This document shows positions 10,788-18,735 of a DNA stretch of 64,000 nucleotides, piece by piece. The stretch's first letter is position 1; every line of letters begins with the position of its first letter. Under the pieces are notes generated by a model that was given only the letters and a program-made list of their open reading frames with translations, did not search any database and was not told the DNA's origin. Where the stretch lies: NCBI GenBank assembly GCA_963823665.1, contig CAWGMQ010000008.1:32001-96000 (forward strand), written 5' to 3'. The DNA is from an uncultured Planctomycetota bacterium. Lineage in GTDB: Bacteria > Planctomycetota > Planctomycetia > Isosphaerales > Isosphaeraceae. Made by a program: the position numbers and the translations under genes.

Positions 10788-11330
10788 ATGGATCCAATTC
10801 CCAAGGAGGTCGTCTGGCTGGTGTCGGTCGTACTCGTCGAGGCAGCCTTGATCGACGGCCGCTCGCTCCGCGTTCCCAACTGGCTGACTTACCACTTCTG
10901 TCTGGGCGGCCTGATCTTCGCATTCATGAGAGGCGGAAGCCCGTTCCTTTTGAGCTCACTCGCAGGTGCCGTGGTCGGGCTGGTCTCGCTGTTGCCGCTC
11001 TACGCAATCGGCGGCATGGGGGCGGGTGACGTCAAGCTCATGGCGGGTCTGGGAGCCTGGGTCGGCCCCTGGCTCACCATTGGAGCGTTCGTGAGCACAG
11101 CGGTGGCCGGGGCGCTCATGGCGGTTGTCATGATCGCGTATTCCGGAGCAGTCTGGCGCCACATTGGCATGGCCCATACCATCGCCCACGAAGTGTTGTC
11201 CGTTCGCAATCCTGTGCTGCTCGCTAGCCGAGCGGCGGAACGCAAGCCGGCGATGCTCCTCCTCCCGTACGCCATTCCCATCGCCGTCGGCTCGATCGGC
11301 TATTTCGCCGCGAAGGGGCTATTGACTTGA
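10788..11330 (+). CDS. cpaA: A24 family prepilin peptidase (CpaA/TadV)
   Basis: ALIDGRSLRVPNWLT, GGMGAGDVKLMAGLGAW, LPYAIPIAVG; position after flp. Confidence 0.9.
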   Translation: MDPIPKEVVWLVSVVLVEAALIDGRSLRVPNWLTYHFCLGGLIFAFMRGGSPFLLSSLAGAVVGLVSLLPLYAIGGMGAGDVKLMAGLGAWVGPWLTIGAFVSTAVAGALMAVVMIAYSGAVWRHIGMAHTIAHEVLSVRNPVLLASRAAERKPAMLLLPYAIPIAVGSIGYFAAKGLLT

Positions 11331-11342
11331 ACGGAGCACGGC

Positions 11343-12344
11343 ATGAATAGCAGGTCGATCATTACCTTGGTCATCGCCGTTGCAATCGGGCTGGGCGCCA
11401 TGAAGCTCAGTCAGCAGATGCTCTCCGCCAGGGACCCCGCCGGTGATGACGCGCAGGAAGTTCTCGTCGCCGCCCGTGACTTCAAGGAAGAGGAAATCTT
11501 GAAGCCCGATATGGTCAAGCTGAGCCGGATCGCTCGCTCGGCTATACCACCCAACGCGTTCGCGACATTCAAGGAAGTGGAGGAGCGCTGGATCCGGACC
11601 GCCATGCTCGAAGGCGACGTGCTCGTCGAGAAAAAGTTGGGGCCCAAGGGAACTCCGCCGGGTCTGGTCGCCAACATTCCCAAGGGAATGCGCGCCCTGG
11701 CCATCGACGTGACCGAGCAGTCGGGTGTTTCCGGGTTCATTCTTCCCGGCCACCATGTCGACGTCGTCCGCTACGAAAGCTCGGAAAAGGAAAAGAACAA
11801 CCACCACGGCGAGACCATTTTGCAGGACGTGCTGGTGCTCGCCGCCGGTCAGATTTTCACTCGCCCCGACGAGAGAGCCGTCCAGTCGCGCACTGTCACC
11901 CTCGCCCTTTCACCCGGCGATGTCGACGTCCTGGTCGCCGCCCGGGCGCGGGGCGCTCTCTCCCTTTCGTTGCGAGGCGTCAACGACCACGAACGCATCG
12001 CGCAGATCAAGAAGGCTGAGCCCAAGGTTGACTCCGAGGCGGAAAAACGATGGAAGCTCTCCGAAGAGGCTCGCCAGAAGCTCGAAACCGACCTGCGACT
12101 CTTGAAGGAAGAGCTCGCCAGGAAGCCCGTTCTAGCCACGGTCTCCGTGCCGCGACGCTCGCCACGGATCGCCACGGTTTATCGAGGGCTCCACAACGTC
12201 CAGCGACTGCGTCTGGATCACGCTGACGTAAGCGAGCTCTCCTCGGACGAGTTGTCGCTGAACCCCTTGTCCGGCGCCCCGGGCTTGCAGAAGGGCTTTC
12301 GTTCTGGATCGTTCGGCTCGTCAGACGACGAGACGCAGCCCTGA
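11343..12344 (+). CDS. cpaB: Flp pilus assembly protein CpaB/RcpC (SAF domain)
   Basis: VLVAARD, IPKGMRALAIDV..SGVSGFILPGHHVDVV, ILQDVLVLAAGQ, TVTLALSP. Confidence 0.92.
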   Translation: MNSRSIITLVIAVAIGLGAMKLSQQMLSARDPAGDDAQEVLVAARDFKEEEILKPDMVKLSRIARSAIPPNAFATFKEVEERWIRTAMLEGDVLVEKKLGPKGTPPGLVANIPKGMRALAIDVTEQSGVSGFILPGHHVDVVRYESSEKEKNNHHGETILQDVLVLAAGQIFTRPDERAVQSRTVTLALSPGDVDVLVAARARGALSLSLRGVNDHERIAQIKKAEPKVDSEAEKRWKLSEEARQKLETDLRLLKEELARKPVLATVSVPRRSPRIATVYRGLHNVQRLRLDHADVSELSSDELSLNPLSGAPGLQKGFRSGSFGSSDDETQP

Positions 12345-12360
12345 ACTCGTGGGGAGCACC

Positions 12361-13545
12361 ATGAAGGATCTCATCCGAGTCGTGCTGGTCGATCCCGCCG
12401 AAGAGTCGCGAAACGCGCTGCAGCAGCTCTTGAGAGGCATCGATTCGCTCTGGCTCGCGGAAGTCTTGACGAGCGTTCAGGACGCCGTCGCTCGCGCCGG
12501 CGAAATCGTCGCCCATGTGACCATCGTGGTGCTCGACCACGATCCCACACAAGCGATCGAGCTGATTCAGAAGCTCACCCAATCGAACACCCGCACCGTC
12601 GTTCTGCCGGCGGGCCGCTCCGGAGACAGTGCGCTCATCCTGAGGGCCATCCGCGCGGGTGCCCGCGAGTTCCTGCCGCTGCCCGCCGAGGGAGGCGAGC
12701 TGCTCGATACGATTTCCCGCCTGCTTCGCGGCCACGATGAGTCCCTTCACGCTCAAACCCAGGGTCCGCGAATCATCAGTGTCACGGGAGCCTCCGGCGG
12801 AGTTGGCTGCACCTCGCTGGCTGTCAATCTCGCCTGTTCGCTCGTCCCCCATAAAGATCACGAAACAATCCTGCTCGACCTCGATCTGATGTTCGGCGGC
12901 GTTGACGCTTATCTCGACATCACGCCCGATCACACGCTCACCCATGTCATCCAGAGCTTCAGCCGCCTCGACATGACACTGCTCAAACGATCTACGACTC
13001 GCCACTCGTCGGGCCTTTATGTGCTGCCCCATCCCACGGCGATCCAGGAAGCGGCTGCGATCGATCCCGACACCCTGCGCCGGCTCTTCGGACTGTTGCG
13101 TGCGGCCTACTCGACGGTCGTGATCGATACAAGCAAGGGGCTGCAAGCGTCCGACTTCGCGGCATTCGAGATATCCGACGTGATCATCGTCGTGGTCCAG
13201 CTCGACCTCCTCTGTCTCAGAAACACATCCCGCCTGCTTGCGCTGTTTCGCGAATACGACGGGATCATCGATCGCGTCAAGCTGGTGGTGAACCGGAGTG
13301 ATTCCTGGGAATGCCAGATCAACCCCAAGAAGGCCGAGGAAATCCTCAAGATGCCGGTTTCCTGGAATATTCCTAATTGCGCGAAGGCGTTTCAGGAGGC
13401 ACGGCTCAAGGGAGTTCCCTTGAGCGACGTCGCCAAGGGGAGCCGTCCTCACCAGGTATTCCTCGAAATGGCCCGATCACTCCATCCCCTCGCTGCACCC
13501 GAAACAAAGAAGCCAAGAAGAAAACGATTCGCCGCGTTCTTTTAA
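12361..13545 (+). CDS. cpaE: CpaE/TadZ receiver-like plus MinD-like ATPase
   Basis: Atypical receiver (AIRAGAREFL), deviant Walker A GASGGVGCTS, LLDLDLMFG, VVIDT, KLVVNR. Confidence 0.88.
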   Translation: MKDLIRVVLVDPAEESRNALQQLLRGIDSLWLAEVLTSVQDAVARAGEIVAHVTIVVLDHDPTQAIELIQKLTQSNTRTVVLPAGRSGDSALILRAIRAGAREFLPLPAEGGELLDTISRLLRGHDESLHAQTQGPRIISVTGASGGVGCTSLAVNLACSLVPHKDHETILLDLDLMFGGVDAYLDITPDHTLTHVIQSFSRLDMTLLKRSTTRHSSGLYVLPHPTAIQEAAAIDPDTLRRLFGLLRAAYSTVVIDTSKGLQASDFAAFEISDVIIVVVQLDLLCLRNTSRLLALFREYDGIIDRVKLVVNRSDSWECQINPKKAEEILKMPVSWNIPNCAKAFQEARLKGVPLSDVAKGSRPHQVFLEMARSLHPLAAPETKKPRRKRFAAFF

Positions 13546-13560
13546 TGGGAGCTGATTCTG

Positions 13561-15027
13561 ATGTTGAGAGGTTTCTCCCGCGCTGGGCTGGCGCCACGTT
13601 CACCGATCAACTCGGCCGCCGCGACCGCTCTGGAAGACCCCCCGTCACCCGGCTCGGGCGATGCATCGCCGCCGCCGGCCGTTCCGGCCCCCGCTGCGCC
13701 GCCCCCCCCGGCCCGCAAAGCCGAAGCCGGCAAGGAAGCTGACCCGGCCCAGGTCCAGTACGAAGCGCTCAAGCGTCATATCCACATGCGCCTGGTCGAT
13801 CGGCTCGACATGAACCGGATCGCCGAGATCGACCCCAAGGAGCTTCGCAATGAGATCAGAGGAGTCGTTGAGCTGCTCTGCGACACGGAAAACCCGCTGT
13901 TAAACCGCAACGAGCGCCAGCGCCTGGTCAATGAGATTCTCGACGAGACCTTCGGCTACGGCCCGCTCGAGCTGCTCCTCAAGGACGACAAGATCGGCGA
14001 CATCATGATCAATGGCCCCAAGCATGTGTTCGTCGAGAAGGAGGGGCGGATCCTCAAGTCGGAAGTCGGCTTTCGCGATAACGACCACCTGCTCCAGATC
14101 ATCGATCGGATCGTCTCCCGTGTCGGCCGAAGGGTCGATGAGACCTCGCCGATGGTCGATGCCCGTTTGCCCAACGGTTCGCGGTTCAACGCGATCATCC
14201 CGCCGCTGGCGCTCGACGGCCCGGTGGTCACCATCCGGATGTTCGGCTCCCGCCCGCTCTCCAAGGACGACTTGCTCAGGTACAAGGCCTTCACCCCAGA
14301 GATGCTCGCACTCCTCGAAGGGGCCATGAAGGCTCGGCTCAATGTCATCATTTCGGGAGGCACCGGATCGGGTAAGACCACGCTCTTGAACACGCTGTCG
14401 AGCTTCATCCAGCCCGACCATCGCGTCATCACGATCGAAGACGCCGCCGAGCTCCAGTTGCAGCAGGAGCACGTGGTGCGCCTCGAAACGCGCCCGTGCA
14501 ACATCGAGGGCAGGGGGGCCGTCACCGCCACCGACCTGGTCAAGAACGCGCTGCGGATGCGGCCCGACCGGATCATCATCGGCGAGTGCCGCGGGGCCGA
14601 AACCCTGGACATGATCCAGGCCATGAACACCGGCCATGAAGGCTCGATGACAACCGTGCACGCCAACACGCCGCGCGACGCCCTCTCACGGCTCGAGACC
14701 ATGATCAGCATGGCCGGCCTCGAGCTGCCCATCCGAGCGCTGCGTTCCCAGTTTGCCTCTGCTGTGGACCTGATCGTACAGGCCAGCAGATTGCAAGGGG
14801 GGCCGCGCAAAGTGACCAGTATCTCCGAAGTCACCGGCATGGAGGGCGACACGATCATCATGCAGGAGATCTTTGCATTCCGGCAGATCGGGGTCGACGC
14901 GAACGGCCGCGCGCACGGAGAGTTCATCGCCACCGGCATCAGGCCGAGCTTCATGGATCGCCTCGAACAGACGGGATGCAAGCTCCCTTACGATTTGTTC
15001 ACCCACCGGATTCTTCTCAAAGATTGA
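13561..15027 (+). CDS. cpaF: CpaF/TadA secretion ATPase
   Basis: GYGPLELLLKD, PMVDARLPNGSR, SGGTGSGKTTLLN, TIEDAAELQL, ALRMRPDRIIIGECRG, AMNTGHEGSMTTVHAN. Confidence 0.95.
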   Translation: MLRGFSRAGLAPRSPINSAAATALEDPPSPGSGDASPPPAVPAPAAPPPPARKAEAGKEADPAQVQYEALKRHIHMRLVDRLDMNRIAEIDPKELRNEIRGVVELLCDTENPLLNRNERQRLVNEILDETFGYGPLELLLKDDKIGDIMINGPKHVFVEKEGRILKSEVGFRDNDHLLQIIDRIVSRVGRRVDETSPMVDARLPNGSRFNAIIPPLALDGPVVTIRMFGSRPLSKDDLLRYKAFTPEMLALLEGAMKARLNVIISGGTGSGKTTLLNTLSSFIQPDHRVITIEDAAELQLQQEHVVRLETRPCNIEGRGAVTATDLVKNALRMRPDRIIIGECRGAETLDMIQAMNTGHEGSMTTVHANTPRDALSRLETMISMAGLELPIRALRSQFASAVDLIVQASRLQGGPRKVTSISEVTGMEGDTIIMQEIFAFRQIGVDANGRAHGEFIATGIRPSFMDRLEQTGCKLPYDLFTHRILLKD

Positions 15028-15125
15028 TCGACCAAACTGCCGGAGAGCCAAGCTTGGCGACCTATATTTCTTGTGCCGTCTGAATTGCTCGCCGGGAATG
15101 ACCGCGTCGGCTTGGAGCCAGCCTG

Positions 15126-16105
15126 ATGGACTATTCGTCGATCGTGCCCATCGTGATCGGTGTCTCCGTGATTGTGTTGGTCGGCGGGTTCGGCCTGGTG
15201 ACGTCGCAAAAATCGGGCACGCTGGCGGAAGATCGCCTTGCCGGGCTTCTGGGCATGCGCCGCGCTCGTTCCGCCAAGAAACAGGACCTCTCGAGCGGCA
15301 TTCTGGCCCGTCCCGCGGCGATTGACCTCGGGCGTCCGTCCTTCTGGACTCGCCTCGTACCGAACGCCGAGAACCTCAACCTGCTTTACGAACAAGCCGA
15401 CGTCAGCTTCTCCTTCAAGACGTTGCTCGGTATCACCGGAGGCCTCGCCGCCTCGGGTGCTGTCTTTGCACTCGCGTTTCGACTGCCGATTCTTGCGGCA
15501 CCGGCTCTGGCGCTTTTTCTCGCGTCTCTTCCCTTCATCTGGCTCATCAGGCGCCGGCGGCGCGCATCCGCCAGTTCGTCGCCGCAATGCCCGAAGCCGT
15601 GGAGCTGATCAGCCGTGCCCTTCGGTCCGGGCATGGACTCTCATCCGGGCTCAAGCTCGTCGCCGAGGAAATGAAAGGCCCGGTCGCCGACGAGTTCAAT
15701 CGCGTCTTCGAGGAACAGAACCTCGGCATTCCCATCGAGCTCGCGCTGCGGAACATGGCCGATCGCATACCCGTCATGGATGTCAGGTTCTTCGTGATCG
15801 CCGTGATCATCCAGCGTTCCACCGGGGGAGACCTGGCCGAGGTGCTCGACAAGATCGGCCGGCTCATTCGCCAGCGGTTCGAGCTCCAAGGGCTGGTCAA
15901 AAGCTTGACGGCCGAGGGCCGGCTCTCGGGCACCGTGCTGCTGGCTCTCACTCCGTCCCTGCTGGCGTTCCTGTGCGTTATCAACTACGACTACGTGAGT
16001 GACTTGTTCAAGACACCCACCGGCGTCAAGATGCTGAGCGTGACGGCCCTCGGCCAGTTACTGGGTGCCTGGGTGATCAAGAAAATCGTTGCAATCAAGG
16101 TATAA
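15126..16105 (+). CDS. tadB: TadB (T2SS F family) platform protein, frameshift near 15560
   Basis: ORF 15126..15608 joins ORF 15587..16105 as WLIRRRRR/IRQFVAAMPEAVELISRALRSGH; IQRSTGGDLAEVLD; LTAEGRLSG. Confidence 0.88.
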
Positions 16106-16110
16106 CGTTC

Positions 16111-17058
16111 ATGACACTGAGCAATGAAACCGTGATTCCGATCGCGGTGTTCCTGGCGATCAGCCTGGGGGCATGGGCGCTCTTGGGAATGGCGGCCGCC
16201 CGGCCCAAGACAGCCGAAGACCGCCTGCGCCGCCTGCTCGAAGGCAGGAGCGCCGGCGCCGCGGAGGCGAACCTCGCCAGGCGCCAGGTCGTGCTGCAAG
16301 CCAAGGTCGCGGCCGCTGCCGGCAAGCTCGGGCAGTCGCTGCGTCCTTCCGACGCGCAGGAATTGGGAAAGGTCCGGCTCAAGCTCTTGAACGCCGGCTT
16401 TCGCCAGGAGCAGGCGGTCGCCGTTTTCTTCGGCATCAAGCTCATCGGGCTCTTGATCGGCCTGGCCGTGAGCTTTCCAACCTGTTTTCTCAAATGGGGG
16501 CTCTCGCAGCCGACCTACGTCGCCACGGCATGCGCATCTGCGGTGGGGTTCTATCTGCCCGACACGATCGTCGGCCGTCGCAAGAAGCGGCGCGGCGAAT
16601 CAGTTTTTCTGGGTCTGCCAGACGCCCTCGACTTGATGGTCGTGTGCGTCGAAGCGGGCCTGGGCCTGGACGCAGCCATGCGCCGCGTCACCAGCGAACT
16701 GGCCAATTCCAGTCCCGTGATTTGCGAGGAATTCGCAATCGCCAACTTCCAGATTCAAATGGGCCGCCCGCGGCGCGACGTGCTCCGCGACCTCGGCATC
16801 CGCACCGGTGTCGACGACGTGCGAGCGCTCGCCGCCGTGATCATTCAGGCGGAAAAGTTCGGCTCGAGCATCGCCTCGGCGCTGCGCGTCCAGTCCGACG
16901 CCATGCGCTTGAGGCGACGTCAACTCGCTGAAGAACGAGCCGCGAAAACGTCCGTCAAGATCATGCTCCCCCTGATCTTCTTCATCTTCCCGGGCGTGTT
17001 CGTCGTGCTCGTCGGGCCGGCGATCATGCGCATGGCCGTGTTGATGTCAAAGTCCTGA
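16111..17058 (+). CDS. tadC: TadC (T2SS F family) platform protein
   Basis: LPDALDLMVVCVEAGLGLDAA, IQAEKFGSSIASALRVQS, AEERAAKTSVKIMLPL. Confidence 0.93.
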   Translation: MTLSNETVIPIAVFLAISLGAWALLGMAAARPKTAEDRLRRLLEGRSAGAAEANLARRQVVLQAKVAAAAGKLGQSLRPSDAQELGKVRLKLLNAGFRQEQAVAVFFGIKLIGLLIGLAVSFPTCFLKWGLSQPTYVATACASAVGFYLPDTIVGRRKKRRGESVFLGLPDALDLMVVCVEAGLGLDAAMRRVTSELANSSPVICEEFAIANFQIQMGRPRRDVLRDLGIRTGVDDVRALAAVIIQAEKFGSSIASALRVQSDAMRLRRRQLAEERAAKTSVKIMLPLIFFIFPGVFVVLVGPAIMRMAVLMSKS

Positions 17059-17141
17059 ACCGCGAAGCCCGCACAGAACCGTCCTCCGGTTCGTGAAACT
17101 GACAGTGAGGGTCTTCTAAGACCGGCGTCTGGAGAGCTGCG

Positions 17142-17483
17142 ATGCACAAGTTCCCGATTCCCATTGCACACGACGTTCACCCCGGTAAATCACGCTGGTC
17201 CCCGCTGCGCAACACCGCGATCATCGTCATCGGCATCGGGCTGGCGCCGCTCTTCGCCGAGGGATTCTCGATCTGCTTCGCACAATGGTCTCAGGTGATG
17301 GGCCGGAACGCGGAGGCCAGGACGCCGCTGCTCGATTCCCTGCACGAAGGACTTGAGTCGGGCCATCAGTCGTTCTGGGCGACCATCTCACCATGTTTCC
17401 AGCGCGTCCCCTGGAGCCACACGTTCGTTCTGGCAGCCGGCGTCGTCTGCATGATCATAGGGATGATCATGCTCAAGATGTAA
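17142..17483 (+). CDS. Hypothetical small membrane protein (two hydrophobic segments)
   Basis: 113-aa ORF with GGAGAG RBS, co-oriented within the tad cluster. Confidence 0.65.
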   Translation: MHKFPIPIAHDVHPGKSRWSPLRNTAIIVIGIGLAPLFAEGFSICFAQWSQVMGRNAEARTPLLDSLHEGLESGHQSFWATISPCFQRVPWSHTFVLAAGVVCMIIGMIMLKM

Positions 17484-17596
17484 CCCATCAGGCTGCGGTG
17501 AGCGTCGCGTGTGATGCACCGCCGCCACGCTGCAGACCCGTAAGACGCCGCGCTGATGGAGAGAGTCACCTTCACCCCGGTTCCCGACTGCTGCGC

Positions 17597-17626
17597 TTGA
17601 CATAGGTGCATTCCTGACCTAGTCAA
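17597..17626 (+). promoter_or_regulatory. Palindromic operator/promoter upstream of the tadE-tadG sub-operon
   Basis: TTGAC(A)TAGGT-gcattcctg-ACCTAGTCAA imperfect palindrome containing TTGACA. Confidence 0.45.
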
Positions 17627-17665
17627 CAATAGAGTGCCTTCGCGGAATCGGGTGCGGAGACGTCC

Positions 17666-18253
17666 ATGCTTGCCAATCGCCTGAATCGGACCTCCTCTGA
17701 TGCGCGAGGCCGGCGCGACGGCACGGCCGCCGTGGAATTTGCATGTTGCTTGCCGCTCCTGGTGCTCATCCTGACAGCGCTCTGGCAAGTCGGCCGTTTC
17801 ACGGAAGTTCAGCAGGTGATGTGGAACGGCGGCCGCGAAGCCGCGCGCGACGCATCCCTCGGGCAAGATAACCTCCAGGCCGTTGCGACAAACCTGCTCA
17901 CCTACCTCCAGGGCGCCGAACAGACGGCTTTCGGCGCCGGCCATTCGACCAGCATGATCGCTCCGGTCATCACCTTGCCGGCGAACTCGACCGGTTACAC
18001 CTGCTGGGACAACACGGCCAACAAGGAACTCTTCACGATGAGTTTCACCGACCTGACCAACCCCAATGTCACGGACCCCACCGGCATGACCCAGCTCGAC
18101 CTGTACCAGATCGGTGTTCAGGTTCCCTATACCAGCATCTCCTGGAGTCCCGTGACCTCAATCACCGGCATGAGCCGGCTGAAGGTGACCGTGGTCTGGA
18201 CGTCACTCGTCGACACACCGTTCCAGATCGCACCCGACCTGCCGGCCCAGTAA
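17666..18253 (+). CDS. tadE: TadE-like pseudopilin
   Basis: RRDG|TAAVEFACCLPLLVLIL...GREAARDA. Confidence 0.85.
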   Translation: MLANRLNRTSSDARGRRDGTAAVEFACCLPLLVLILTALWQVGRFTEVQQVMWNGGREAARDASLGQDNLQAVATNLLTYLQGAEQTAFGAGHSTSMIAPVITLPANSTGYTCWDNTANKELFTMSFTDLTNPNVTDPTGMTQLDLYQIGVQVPYTSISWSPVTSITGMSRLKVTVVWTSLVDTPFQIAPDLPAQ

Positions 18254-18283
18254 ACGCGCACGGCGCTATGCGGAGATTTCACC

Positions 18284-18733
18284 ATGCTCATTCGGAAACA
18301 TCACGCCGGCCGGCGACGCGGTGCTGTCGCCACTGAGACGGCCCTTGTTCTCGCCCCCGTGCTCACACTGATCTTCGGCGTTTTCGAGTATTCCCGGCTC
18401 CTCATGGCCTGGAACTTGCTGGACAACGCGGCACGCGAGGGCTGCCGGTACGCCGTCGTCAACAACACAGACCCGACAATCACCTCAGATGTTCAATCAA
18501 CCGTGAACAAATACATGGCGGGCCAATCCTCGGCCTTCAGCAACTTCACTGTGAGCGTTAGCGGTACCCACCAGGGTGTCACAACCCCGGTCAACAACTT
18601 GACCGCCGGCGACATGCTGACCGTCACAGTGTCCGGTACGTTTCATTTTATGAACATTATACCGTTTATCAAGCTTCCGACGTCTTTGACAATCACGAGC
18701 GCGGTCATCATGGGATGCGAGGGAGGCGTGTGA
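18284..18733 (+). CDS. tadE: TadE-like pseudopilin
   Basis: RRRG|AVATETALVLAPVLTLIFGVFEYSR...NAAREGCRYA. Confidence 0.88.
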   Translation: MLIRKHHAGRRRGAVATETALVLAPVLTLIFGVFEYSRLLMAWNLLDNAAREGCRYAVVNNTDPTITSDVQSTVNKYMAGQSSAFSNFTVSVSGTHQGVTTPVNNLTAGDMLTVTVSGTFHFMNIIPFIKLPTSLTITSAVIMGCEGGV

Positions 18734-18735
18734 GG

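Noticed and set aside
12780..12815. Degenerate Walker A in CpaE
   Set aside because: Normal for CpaE/TadZ.
15550..15580. Programmed frameshift in tadB
   Set aside because: No slippery heptamer; one of many similar indels in the window.
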